NCBI GenBank assembly: GCA_963716725.1
Contig: CAVQUB010000014.1
Span: forward strand, 18,097-82,096
Reading direction: 5' to 3'
Length of the DNA: 64,000 nt
DNA from: an uncultured delta proteobacterium
GTDB lineage: Bacteria; Myxococcota_A; Polyangia; Polyangiales; Polyangiaceae
Shown here: piece by piece, positions 21,097 through 31,553 of the stretch
Position numbering within the stretch: position 1 is the stretch's first letter
Layout: every line of letters begins with the position of its first letter
Made by a program: the position numbers and the translations under genes
The notes under the pieces: generated by a model
Seen by the model: only the letters and a program-made list of their open reading frames with translations
Told to the model about the DNA's origin: nothing
Database searches by the model: none

Positions 21097-22932
21097 GTGA
21101 AAGAGCTGTCGAATTTTCGACAGCTCTTGAGACGCTCCGCGCTCACCTGCGCCGTGCTGGTCGGGTTGGCGAGCGACGGCCGCGCGGCCCCGCCCGAGGG
21201 CCGCACCATCGCCCTGGGATCGAAAGCTACAGGGCTCACGATCCTGGTCGATCGTGACGACGACGATGGCGACGGCCTGGCGGACTTCGAGAGCGCGAAG
21301 CCGTCGCGGGACTCGCTCGGGGACGTGGTCTGGATCACGACCCCGGCGCGGAGGCTCGACCGCGCCGACGGCAGCGGGGTGCGGTTGATCATCGACGGCA
21401 AGCCGATGATGCCCCAGTCCGCCGTCGGCCGGCGTCTGACCCGGATCGGCCTGCAAGGGATCGGCGCGGGAGTCACGCGGCTCTCGCTCGGCGGCGTCGA
21501 CGTCGAGGTGAAGGTGCTCGACCTGTTGGCGCTCGATGGGCTCGGTGAGCGCGTCGACTTCGCGAGTTCGCACGCCGCCCTGAGCCGCTCACTCCCGGTC
21601 GAGACGACGGATCTCGAGGCGCTGTCCTTCGTGGTGGCCGGCGCGCCGGACACGCTGCCACGTTGGCTCAGCCTCGGGAGCTTTCGCCCCGATGCCACGC
21701 CCCTCGACAGCCTCGGCGAGGTCACCCTCGAGCCGCGTCCTTGTCCTGCCGGTCTGGGGCCGGAGCTCCAGTGTCGCGCCACTGCCCCCATCCGCAGCGT
21801 CGGGGACAGCGCAGATCGCAGCCATCCGGCGGCCTCCCCGCATTCGCTCTTGGCGGAGGTCGGAGGCCGTCTGCTGTTGGGCGTCGACCAGGCGAGCGTG
21901 GCGCTGCGGGTGGGCGGCCCACGAAAGTCCGCGGTCGGTCCCCTCGAGCGGCTTCGCGGCAAGCTCAGGCTTCGGTTGGTGCGCATGAGCGCGGGCGGTG
22001 CGCCGCCCGTCGGGGGCGACGACGCGGGCGCGATCGCCGTCGCCCGGCGCGAGCTTGCGACCGCCAACAGCTTGTGGGGTCAATGCGGCGTCGTGTTCGG
22101 CAGCGAAGCCGAGCTCGACGTGGCGGTGGTCGATCCACCGGGGCCGTATCTGGTGGCCGTCGGTTGCGATCTCGGGACGCCGGCCAGTGGCGGCGAGGTC
22201 ACGCTCGTGGTCGACGATCGCGAGGTGCGCGTTCCGACCAAGAGCGGGCAGTCGCCGACGGTGGTCGCGGGCTTGCTGGCCCGGGCCCTGCGGCGCGCCG
22301 GATTTCGCCCGGTGGTCGCAGCAAACGCGCTGGCTTCTCCCACCGCGCTGCGCAGCGTGGACCTGATCGTTCGGCGGAAGAACGGCGATCCGGCGCGCGT
22401 CGCGCTGCCCACCCCCCGCTCCACCACCGATGCCACCCTGCGCGTGTGCATCGGGGCGGTGGACCTCTCGGACGGGCTCAGCCACTTCAGCGACTTTGAT
22501 GCCGTGGCGGGCACCCTCGAAGAGCGAACGCTGCTGCGCGCCTTCGACGACGGCGATCCGACGACCATCGAGGTCTTGGTCGTGCCTTCCTTCTCGCGCG
22601 CCGGCCGCATCGGCGAGTCCTTCATCTTCGGCGAAGGCGCTGGCGTGCGCAACGCGGTGATCGTCGACCGCGCGGGCGTGCGCGCCGGCGCTCGCTCGTT
22701 TGCACTGGCGCACGAGCTCGGCCACATTCTCCTGGATCTGCCCGGGCATCCCGATGACTTTGGCGTGGACCGCCCGTCGCTGCTCATGGACGCGGACGCG
22801 ACCGATGCATCGGTCTTCGGACCGCGACGTCTGACCCTGGCCGACTGCGAGCGCGCTGTGCGTCAGAGTGGCCCGAAGGCGCCGGTGCCCTTGCTGCGTG
22901 CGTGGCCCATGAGTCGGGCCACTGGGCGCTGA
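21097..22932 (+). CDS. Exported putative zinc metallopeptidase
   Basis: Signal-like N-terminus, DRDDDDGDG acidic motif, AHELGHILL…H…LLM (HExxH + Met-turn-like). Start approximate. Confidence 0.65.
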   Translation: MKELSNFRQLLRRSALTCAVLVGLASDGRAAPPEGRTIALGSKATGLTILVDRDDDDGDGLADFESAKPSRDSLGDVVWITTPARRLDRADGSGVRLIIDGKPMMPQSAVGRRLTRIGLQGIGAGVTRLSLGGVDVEVKVLDLLALDGLGERVDFASSHAALSRSLPVETTDLEALSFVVAGAPDTLPRWLSLGSFRPDATPLDSLGEVTLEPRPCPAGLGPELQCRATAPIRSVGDSADRSHPAASPHSLLAEVGGRLLLGVDQASVALRVGGPRKSAVGPLERLRGKLRLRLVRMSAGGAPPVGGDDAGAIAVARRELATANSLWGQCGVVFGSEAELDVAVVDPPGPYLVAVGCDLGTPASGGEVTLVVDDREVRVPTKSGQSPTVVAGLLARALRRAGFRPVVAANALASPTALRSVDLIVRRKNGDPARVALPTPRSTTDATLRVCIGAVDLSDGLSHFSDFDAVAGTLEERTLLRAFDDGDPTTIEVLVVPSFSRAGRIGESFIFGEGAGVRNAVIVDRAGVRAGARSFALAHELGHILLDLPGHPDDFGVDRPSLLMDADATDASVFGPRRLTLADCERAVRQSGPKAPVPLLRAWPMSRATGR

Positions 22933-24951
22933 TCACTCCGGCACGCCGATTTGGGTGAGCTCGGTGCCCGCAGCGTAGGCGTAGCTGACGTAGGCGTCGA
23001 AGCCGTCGACCAAGACGCCGACCGGCTCGTCGGCGTCGACGCGGTGCACGCCGTCGTCCTGAATGCCTGCGCTGACCTTGTCGAGCTCTTTCGTGGGATC
23101 GATGACCGGGAAGCTGAGCTGGCAGCGATAGACGACGTAGGGCGGCAGCGGGCTGCCACGCGCTTCGGCGTCGAGGCCGTCGCCGGGCACCATGGAGCAG
23201 GCCGCGATCTCTTGCACCGGCTTGCCGTCGAGCACCACCGCAGCGCTGGGCGATGCGATGATGCGCACGAAGTCGAAGTTGTACTTGTCGGGGGTCAGAA
23301 AGACGTAGGACCGCCGGAACTGCTCGACCGGTGGCAGGATGATGCTGCTGGGGTCACCGCCTGGCAGCCCTCGGGGCACGCCGCCGTCGTCCTGGCTGGC
23401 CGACACGCTCTGGAGCATCACCGGCGCGTCGCTCTCCAACAGGAACTCCCGGGTCGACGCCAGATCCGCGTAGGAGCCCCGGGTCTTCAGCGTCACCGTC
23501 GCGAGGCTGCCGCCCAGGGTGGTCTTGATGGTCGCGCCGGCCTCGGTGACGGCGATCACTCGGAAGTACTCGGGCTGCGAGACGACGCCGATGCTGGCGC
23601 CCGCGGCGGCCACCATCTGCGAACGGTTGGCCGAGATGGTCGCCACGAAGTGCGTTCCCGCAGTGCGGATCGGATCGAGCTGCTCTTCGAGGTGATCGGC
23701 ACAGCAGCGGCGCTTCGAGAGGTTGTCGAAGAAAGGTGAGTCACTGGCTTCGTTGCCGCTGAAGACCACCACCGGCTGATCGGCCCACACCACCGAGCCG
23801 GTGAAGTCCGCGTTGAAGTCGTCGGTCTCGAGGTTCAGCACGTCGAAGGGCCCGAGCACGTGCTCGACGACCCCGCCCTTGGCGGTGGTCGGCACCGGTC
23901 CTCCGCCGATGATCCCGGCCTGAGTCTCGATCCGGACGGTGGTATTCGGGCGGGTGCCAACGATGGTCAAGAATGCTCGCAGGTCGATGGGATTGGCCGG
24001 ATTGAAGTTCGTATTCGGATCGTCGGTGCTGGCGATGGTCTGGGGCCAGCCGAGGACCACGTAGGAGCGCACGAGTTGCCCTCCGGCGTTCGACAAGGCC
24101 TCCACCGGCTTCAGGAGCGAGGCGTCGTTGGAGAACACCGCGGCGTTGAAGAGCGGGTTGAACTGGTAGGCGACGACGGGGAAGTTCGCGCTGACACGGT
24201 AGGCCGCTCGGGTGAGCGCGGTGTGGGTGCCGGTGTCGAACTCGCCGGGCGGCGAGCCGTCCACTTCGCGCGGACCGAGCTGGAAGACCCGCAGCGACAT
24301 CGGTGGGATCTTGGCGGTGGCCACGTTGATCGGCGCGTTGGTTTGGCCCGGGGCGCTGTCGTCTTGCTCGATGCTCACTTCGGCAAAGACGTCGGGTTGG
24401 GGATTGGAGACCACGACCGCGAACTGCTGCGCGGCGGCGTTGAGCCCGGCGCCGACATTGGCGTTGTCGAGGTCCACCGCCCAGTACTCGCAGCCGACGT
24501 TGCTGCGCTCGACCTTGGCCTTCGAGCAGAGCTGGGTGCACTGGCCCGAGCGACAGGCAACGCCCTGGGTCGTGTCGCAGGCGTCGCCGGGGCTCTCCGC
24601 GTCGCCGCTCGGGTCGCAGAGCACGGTGGTCTGGCCGTCGCAGCGCCGCGAGTTCGGGACGCAGTGCTTGCACTGCCACTGCTCGGCGACGCAGACCAAG
24701 CCCTGAGCTGCGCAGTCCGTGATGGTGGTCCAGATCGGGCCGTTTTTGCTGCCTTCGCAGCGTTCGACTCCGCTGGTGCAGCGCATGGACCCCACGCTGC
24801 ACATCGGAGTCGGGCTCGTTCCGTCCGAGAGCCAGCGGTCGGCGCGGTCGAAGCCGCAGCTCAGGACGAGCAGGCCTCCGAGTCCCAGCGTGCACAGGCC
24901 GCGAATCAGACGTCGGAGCTCGGAGCCTGCCGCCCGCCTAGAGATGCGCAT
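22933..24951 (-). CDS. IgGFc-binding-domain lipoprotein
   Basis: VLSC lipobox, Cys-rich N-terminus, SNVGCEYWAVDLDN, VAYQFNPL, SNDASLL, DHLEEQL, GDPS, YVSYAYAAG. Confidence 0.8.
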   Translation of the reverse strand: MRISRRAAGSELRRLIRGLCTLGLGGLLVLSCGFDRADRWLSDGTSPTPMCSVGSMRCTSGVERCEGSKNGPIWTTITDCAAQGLVCVAEQWQCKHCVPNSRRCDGQTTVLCDPSGDAESPGDACDTTQGVACRSGQCTQLCSKAKVERSNVGCEYWAVDLDNANVGAGLNAAAQQFAVVVSNPQPDVFAEVSIEQDDSAPGQTNAPINVATAKIPPMSLRVFQLGPREVDGSPPGEFDTGTHTALTRAAYRVSANFPVVAYQFNPLFNAAVFSNDASLLKPVEALSNAGGQLVRSYVVLGWPQTIASTDDPNTNFNPANPIDLRAFLTIVGTRPNTTVRIETQAGIIGGGPVPTTAKGGVVEHVLGPFDVLNLETDDFNADFTGSVVWADQPVVVFSGNEASDSPFFDNLSKRRCCADHLEEQLDPIRTAGTHFVATISANRSQMVAAAGASIGVVSQPEYFRVIAVTEAGATIKTTLGGSLATVTLKTRGSYADLASTREFLLESDAPVMLQSVSASQDDGGVPRGLPGGDPSSIILPPVEQFRRSYVFLTPDKYNFDFVRIIASPSAAVVLDGKPVQEIAACSMVPGDGLDAEARGSPLPPYVVYRCQLSFPVIDPTKELDKVSAGIQDDGVHRVDADEPVGVLVDGFDAYVSYAYAAGTELTQIGVPE

Positions 24952-27040
24952 GAAAGATGTCCGTCGCGTGCGCCGTCCAGCCGCGCTCGTCGAGCTGGCG
25001 GTAGCGAAGGTTCCCGTAGTCGAAATCCACGATGCTCGCTCGGGTCACGCTCAGCGTGATCGAGCCCGGCAGCAGGGCGAGCTCGCTGCCGAGTTGGGCC
25101 AGGTTGGGCAGCTTGGTGGCCGTCACGCCGGCCGGGGCGGCGATGATCCAGTTGACCAATCCGCCGCTGCTCTGGGCGACGATCACGGTGAGCTCGACGC
25201 TGCGGCCGCCGGGCGCGGCGCTCCAGGCGAGATCCGTGGCGGCCCACACGCCGTTGGCCCCCGGGGTGCCGAGGACCGGGATTTCGACGAAGGGATCCAG
25301 GCTCACCACCTGCGCGGTGGTGGTGGTGGCCGAGAGGCCCACGACCGAGCGCGGCGAGGTGCCCGCAATGCCGGTCACGGCGCTGCCGGTGTACACGTAC
25401 TGGCTCGACGCGAGACCCTTGATCAGCGGGGGAACCCCCACGAAGGACAGCGGTCCTGTCACCGGCAGGAGCTTCTCCTGAAGACCGACTGGCAACAGGG
25501 CGTAGCCCAGCTCGTTCACGCGCACCGCCACGCTGACCTTGGCGCGGTCGGGGCCCTTGGGCGTGGGTTTGGGCCCGGTCAGATCGATCTTGAACGCGTG
25601 GTCCAGCGGGATGTCCATGTTGATGAACACGTCGCTGGTCACCTTGCCGGGCGACGTCGACACGCCCTTGGCCAAGCCCATGGCGTAGGCCTTGAAGTAG
25701 GGCGGCGATGCCTGACGGTTCTCGATGCCGGCCAGGGCATAGAAGCTCATGTTGCCGGTCTGCGAGCTGATCAAGAAGCTGTAGCCGATGGTGCCGCCGT
25801 CCGAGGGCAACACCGCGTCGGAGGCGTTGGGCAGCGTGAAGGCGTAGGTCGGCGTGCTCGCCAGTGGCAGTACGTAGGCGACGACGCGCTCGTCGGAGCT
25901 CTTGGGATCCGGGATGTTGTTCCAGGCGGCCTTCTGCTCGAACTCCTTCTTGCTCTTCCACACCAGCTGCCCTGTCACCGCGGCGCCCAGAGTGGGGGAG
26001 CCGCCGACGGGTGGCGGATCGCCTTCTTCGGCGCAGGCCGGCGAGAGCACCGGATCGAGGTAGACCGTGACGGTGTCCACCGGAACGTGCACGAAGGTGA
26101 TGGGCTGGAAGCACTTCTTGGCGACCGTCACCGTGCGCTTGGGCCCGAGCCCGGTCGCCTGAAACACGGTCACGCCGGAGCCATCGGTCTTCTGCACCAG
26201 CGCGGTGGCCAGGTCGTCGCCGGCGATGGCGGTCGCCCCGGGCAGCACGGTGCCCTCGTAGCCGTCGAGCACGATGACCTTCAGCTGGTCTTTCAGCGGA
26301 TTGCCGCTGAGACCGCCCTTGTAGCCGTTGTCGCTGTCGCCGTAGGTGAAGGCGTCGAGCACGTCGACGCTCACGGCGTCCTCGGTGGTGACGCGGATCG
26401 GCTTCGTTCCGGGCGTGCTCTTCGGCGTCTTGCACTCGAGCTCGGTGTCGCTCGTGACCGTGACGTCGGTGCAGGGCAGGAGGTCCACCAGGACCTTCAC
26501 TTGGGAGTTCCAGTGGGTGCCCTGCCCGTAGAGCTTGACCAAAGTGCCGCCGGAGGTCGGCCCACTCTTGGGCTCGGCGTAGAAGGCGTCGTACTCGTAG
26601 CCACCGAGCAGGGTGCGCTTGGTGGAGGCGTCGGTGCCGTTCTGTACGGTCACGTCCACTGGCCCCGCCGCGCCCGGAGGGACCACGACCTGCACGCGCT
26701 CAGCGTCGACGGGCACCAAGTCCGAGCTCGGGATCTCGTTGCCGGCAAACCAGACCCGCGCCTTGCTGTCGAAGCCGTTGCCGCGAACCATCACGGTCTG
26801 TCCGCCGTTCCAGGGGCCGTGCGGCGGATCGACGCCAAGCACCGCGTGGGGATCGGTGGGCGGCAGCTCGCCCTTGGCGTCGCCCGAACTGCCATCGATC
26901 ACGATCGACGGACCGCCGTCGTCGTCCGTCGGCTTCTGAAAAACTCCCTCCGGCTGCGCGAAGCAGCTACCCGCAGCGCCGAGACCGAGGCCAGTGACCG
27001 CGAGCCACAGGCCCAATCGGCGATTGTTCGAGGCAGGCAC
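24938..27040 (-). CDS. IPT/TIG domain lipoprotein
   Basis: AGSC lipobox; two IPT repeats (VDPPHGPWNGGQTVMVRGNGF; EPKSGPTSGGTLVKLYGQG). Confidence 0.8.
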   Translation of the reverse strand: MPASNNRRLGLWLAVTGLGLGAAGSCFAQPEGVFQKPTDDDGGPSIVIDGSSGDAKGELPPTDPHAVLGVDPPHGPWNGGQTVMVRGNGFDSKARVWFAGNEIPSSDLVPVDAERVQVVVPPGAAGPVDVTVQNGTDASTKRTLLGGYEYDAFYAEPKSGPTSGGTLVKLYGQGTHWNSQVKVLVDLLPCTDVTVTSDTELECKTPKSTPGTKPIRVTTEDAVSVDVLDAFTYGDSDNGYKGGLSGNPLKDQLKVIVLDGYEGTVLPGATAIAGDDLATALVQKTDGSGVTVFQATGLGPKRTVTVAKKCFQPITFVHVPVDTVTVYLDPVLSPACAEEGDPPPVGGSPTLGAAVTGQLVWKSKKEFEQKAAWNNIPDPKSSDERVVAYVLPLASTPTYAFTLPNASDAVLPSDGGTIGYSFLISSQTGNMSFYALAGIENRQASPPYFKAYAMGLAKGVSTSPGKVTSDVFINMDIPLDHAFKIDLTGPKPTPKGPDRAKVSVAVRVNELGYALLPVGLQEKLLPVTGPLSFVGVPPLIKGLASSQYVYTGSAVTGIAGTSPRSVVGLSATTTTAQVVSLDPFVEIPVLGTPGANGVWAATDLAWSAAPGGRSVELTVIVAQSSGGLVNWIIAAPAGVTATKLPNLAQLGSELALLPGSITLSVTRASIVDFDYGNLRYRQLDERGWTAHATDIFHAHL

Positions 27041-27101
27041 GACCCACGAAAAGTAGGGTAGGGCCCCGGGCGCCGCAAGGACCGGCGCACAATGGCGCGG
27101 C

Positions 27102-29573
27102 TCACGCCTCGAGGGCGGCGCCTTCGCTGCGGCTTGCCCCGCTCGGAACGGATCTCTCGGGGCCGCGGATCGCCCGCGAGATTTGCAAGGCCGTGTGCTT
27201 GCGCGAGCCGGCCGCCTCGGTTGGGCCCACGCAGGCCGGGCACCCGGCCACGCAGTCGCAGCTCTCGATCAGTGCCTGAGCGCGCTCGATCAGCTCGTCG
27301 TAACGCTCGAAGATGCGCGGCGCGAGCCCCACGCCGCCGGGCAGCGCGTCGAACAAAAAGACGGTCGGAGCGAAGCCGCCGGTGCGCCCGCTGAAGGGAT
27401 CGCGACCGGGAGCTCCGTCTTCGCCGGGGGCCGCGCCGTCACCGAGGGTTTGGCTGATGTCCCGCGGATCACACATCAGGGCCAGCGTGCTCACGGTCTC
27501 GAGGGCGCGACCGAGGCCCCGCAGACCGTCCACGATGGCGGCCCGCGGCTCGCCGAGGCCGTCCACCAGCGCTTCGGGCAGGGTGAGCCAGAACGCGGTG
27601 GTGTGCATCTGCATCTCGGGCAGGTGCACGTCGCCGTAGCCCGCGTTCTCGTGGGTGAAGAACTTGATCTTCTTGTAGCCGGTGACCTTCTCTTCCACCT
27701 TCACGTCGCCGCGACCGATGCGCGCGGGACCGCGCGAGCGGGTTTGCGTTCTCTTCGATCACCAGCACGGTGCGGTAGGTGAGGGCGGTCGTGAAGTAGT
27801 CCGGCTCCACCTTGCGCACGAAGGCCTTGTGGTTCTCGAAGTCGAGACGCTCGACCTGATATTGCTCGCGCGTCGTGCTGGTAGATGGCTTGCTCGTGCA
27901 GCATGGTGTGGGCAGCGCGCCAGTCGAGCTCCGCGATGCTCTTGTCGGTGGCGACGTCGATGATCACGAAGTTGTCCCAGCCGATGTTGCGCAGCGAGAC
28001 ACGTGGTTGGCCGGAAACGCCTCGCCCGACCAGTGAAAGCGCGCCGGCTGACTCGTGCACCAGGCCGTGGCCGGCGAGGTACTCCAGCGCGCCTGCGTGT
28101 CTCGGCGTGTCGAGGCCGAGGTAGCGCTCGCCGCTGGCCGGCTCGGGGCGTGCTGGGCGCGAGCCTGCGCCGGTGATGCGGAAGGGCACCTCGAAGGCGG
28201 CGCACTTGAGGTGCTGGACCAGGACCTCGACGTTGTCCGGGATCGATGCGCGCCTCTTCGGCGCCGGGCGCCGAGCAGGTACTCGGGATCGCGCGCCAGG
28301 TACTGATCGAGGGCGTCGCTCGAGCAGACCAGCAGCGCGATGCTGGTCGGTCGCCGCGGCGCCCGGCGCGACCGAAGCGCTGCCACGTCGCCGCGACGCG
28401 AGCCGGGGTAGCCCGACGCAGACCACCGCATCGAGATCGCCGATGTCGATGCCGAGCTCGAGCGCGTTGGTCGCGACCACGCACAGGATCTCGCCGTCGC
28501 GCAGACCGCGCTCGATCGGCGCGTCGCGTCTCCGGCAGGTAGCCGCCGCGGTAGGCCATGATGGCGTCTGGGCCGGCGACGTCGCCCGACCGCGCGTCGC
28601 GCAGGTACTTCAGCATGACCTCGACGCTGTTGCGCGACGGCCCGAAGACCATGCGTCGGCACCCGCGCGCGCACCAGATCGGCGGTGAGGTTCACGGCTT
28701 GCTTCAGCGCAGCTGGCGCGGATGCCGAGCTCCGCGTTGACGATGGGCGGGTTGTAGACGAACAAACGCCGGCTGGCCCGCGGCGCGCCGGAGCGCTCGA
28801 CCAGCGCGACCTCGTCGGCCGGCACGCCGATCAGGCGCGCGGCGTGCTCGCGCGGATTGCCGATGGTGGCCGTGGCCTGATGAACATCGGGTCGGAGCCG
28901 TGAAAGCGCGCGATGCGCCGCAGCCGCGCGATCACGTGCGCCATGTGCGAGCCGAACACGCCGCGGTAGGTGTGCAGCTCGTCGAGCACCACGTAGCGCA
29001 GGCCCTGGAAGGTCGCGGCCCAGCGCGCGTGGTGCGGCAGGATGCCGGCGTGCAGCATGTCGGGGTTCGTGAGCACGATCCGGCCGCGCTCGCGCGCCGC
29101 GCGCCGCGCGTCGCCGGGCGTGTCGCCGTCGTAGACCGTCGCCGGCAGGCCCAGACCCGCGTCGCGCGATCAGCTCGCGCAGGTTGTGCTCCTGATCGCG
29201 CGACAGCGCCTTGGTCGGATAGAGGAACAGCGCGCTCGCGGCTGCGATCTTCGGCCAAGCGCCTCGAGCACCGGCAGGTGGAAGCAGAGGCTCTTGCCGC
29301 TCGCGGTGGGCGTGGCGACGACCACGTGCCGCCCGCCTCGCGCGCCGCGGCAATCGCCTCCGCCTGGTGGGTGTACAGCTCGCGGATGCCCCGGGCCGCG
29401 AGGGCGCCGCGCAGGCCCGGCGGCAGGTCGGCGGGAATGGGCGCGCTAGTCCCGCTGCTCTCGCGCGATGCAGCCGTCGGCGGTCGAGGCAGCGCCGAAC
29501 GTTGCCGGACTCGAGCCAGCCGGCGACCACGGAGTCGACGCCGCGGGTCTGCCGACCAGGGAGCGTTAGACAT
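27102..29573 (-). CDS. DEAD/DEAH helicase with DUF1998 (Hrq1/MrfA/YprA family), many frameshifts
   Basis: [63 protein letters not shown]-terminal [10 protein letters not shown]. Confidence 0.9.
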
Positions 29574-29799
29574 CCCGAACAACTAAACAGATGTGCGGTA
29601 GTGGACAAGGGTCCGCGAGGCGTCTGGCCCTGGCGGCGGACCTGTCGTAGTTAAGCGCCGGCAAATGCAGTGACGTGACGGACCCGCCCCGGCCCGAGGA
29701 ACAGTAGCGAGGCCGCTTCGGAGCCCAGCGCCGAGGCTGCACCGGAAGTCGTGACCGAGGCGGCTCACGCCGCTCCTCGCTGACAGCGCTCCGGAGTTC

Positions 29800-30579
29800 G
29801 TGGGGTTGGGCGCTCCGACCGAGGGCATCGGCGCCGCGCCGCCGGCCGCGGATCCCACAGCCCTGCCCGAGTCCGCCGCGCAAACGACTACGGCGACCCC
29901 GGCGGCGAACGAACCCGCCAAGCCGCCGCCGACGGCGGCGGAGATCGACGCGCTCCGCCACCGGCCGTCGTTCTTGTTCTTTGGAGTGGTCGCTGCGGTG
30001 TCTTTGGTCGCCGATATCGGCAGCAAGGCCTGGGCCGAGGTCGCGCTCAGCAGGCGCACTTCGCTCGAGCCGTCAATCTCGGTGATCGAGGATCACCTCG
30101 ACTTCACCCTCGCCTACAACCGCGGCGGCGCCTGGGGACTCTTGCACGACGCAAACGAGAGCATTCGCCGACCCTTCTTCCTCGGGGTCAGCGTGCTGGC
30201 CATCTTGTTCATCGTCTCGCTCTACAGCCGGCTGGCGCCCAACCAGCGCTCCCTCAAGTGGGGCTTACCGCTGGTGCTCGGCGGCGCGCTGGGCAACCTC
30301 TCGGATCGCATCACGCGATCGAGCGTGGTGGATTTCATCGACTACCACGCGAACTGGATCGAGAGGATGAACGGCCTGATCGCGAAGTACGCCAAGGGCT
30401 GGGCGGTCACCGATCACTGGCCCACCTTCAACGTCGCCGACATCTTCATCTGCATCGGCGTGGGCTTGATGGCCGTCGACATGGTCACCTCGCGGCGCAA
30501 GGCCGAGCCGACCCTGCCGCCCGGGGCACCTCCGCCGCCGGCGGATGTGCCGACCACGACCGCGTCCGGAGCGAGCTAG
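29800..30579 (+). CDS. lspA: Lipoprotein signal peptidase II
   Basis: DIGSK, NRGGAWG, GGALGNLSDR, VVDF, WPTFNVAD. Start uncertain. Confidence 0.93.
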   Translation: MGLGAPTEGIGAAPPAADPTALPESAAQTTTATPAANEPAKPPPTAAEIDALRHRPSFLFFGVVAAVSLVADIGSKAWAEVALSRRTSLEPSISVIEDHLDFTLAYNRGGAWGLLHDANESIRRPFFLGVSVLAILFIVSLYSRLAPNQRSLKWGLPLVLGGALGNLSDRITRSSVVDFIDYHANWIERMNGLIAKYAKGWAVTDHWPTFNVADIFICIGVGLMAVDMVTSRRKAEPTLPPGAPPPPADVPTTTASGAS

Positions 30580-30597
30580 CCGAAGCGCCGGGGACCG

Positions 30598-31515
30598 ATG
30601 CAGGGTCGTCTTTTCACGCTCTTCGAAATCCCGTTTCCGAGCTACTTCGTCCTGCTCCTGACCGGATTCTTGTTTGCCACCATCGCCGGGGCGCTGTGGG
30701 CCAAACGGGTCGGGCAGGATCCCGACGTGGTCGTCGATCTCGGGCTCGCCATGCTCCTGGCCGGAGTGGTGGGCGCGCGGCTGCTGCATGTGATCGCCGA
30801 CGGTTACTTCATGGACTACGTGCACCTGTGCACGGATCCCTCCAAGGTCGATTGGAAGGTCACCCGCGACGAGTGCCTGAGCCCGCGCTACGCGGGCGTG
30901 TGGGACGCGGCGAAGTCCGTCTGTCACCCGACCGAGACCGACTGCTTCGCCTGGGCAAAGTTCTGGGCCGGCGGCCTGACCTACTACGGAGGCTTTCTGG
31001 GCGCCTCCGCCGCCGCCTGGTACCTGATGAAGCGCGATCGCTTTCCCTTCTGGAAGGCCGCGGACATGGCCGGCATGGTCATTCCCATCGGGCTCGGGTT
31101 CGGGCGCATGGGCTGCCTCTTGGCAGGCTGTTGCTTCGGCACGACCACGTCGGCGCGGTGGGCGATGACGTTCCCTTCCCACAGTCCTGCGAGCGAGTCG
31201 CAGTTCAAGGCCGGGCTGATCGGCTCACCCTTCGAGTCGTCCCTGCCGGTGCACCCGACCCAGGTCTACGAGTCTCTCGCGTCCTTCGCCATCGCGGCGG
31301 TGCTCATCCTCTTCCTGCACGGGCGCAAGCGCTACGACGGTCAGGTCTTCCTGGGCTTTGTCGCGCTCTACGCCCTGGCGCGCTTCGTCATCGAGTTTTA
31401 CCGCAGCGACGATCGCGGCGGGCTCTTGGGCCTGTCGACCTCGCAGCTGATCGGCCTCGGGCTGGTCGCCGCGGTGGTGGGGGTCCACACCCGGCTCGTT
31501 CGGCGCACTGGATAG
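30598..31515 (+). CDS. lgt: Prolipoprotein diacylglyceryl transferase
   Basis: GARLLHV, GGLTYYGG, GRMGCLLAGCCFG, HPTQVYE, RFVIEFYR. Confidence 0.93.
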   Translation: MQGRLFTLFEIPFPSYFVLLLTGFLFATIAGALWAKRVGQDPDVVVDLGLAMLLAGVVGARLLHVIADGYFMDYVHLCTDPSKVDWKVTRDECLSPRYAGVWDAAKSVCHPTETDCFAWAKFWAGGLTYYGGFLGASAAAWYLMKRDRFPFWKAADMAGMVIPIGLGFGRMGCLLAGCCFGTTTSARWAMTFPSHSPASESQFKAGLIGSPFESSLPVHPTQVYESLASFAIAAVLILFLHGRKRYDGQVFLGFVALYALARFVIEFYRSDDRGGLLGLSTSQLIGLGLVAAVVGVHTRLVRRTG

Positions 31516-31553
31516 GGTTGGCCCGGATCCGCGGCCTACCGTACCATCCAGGC

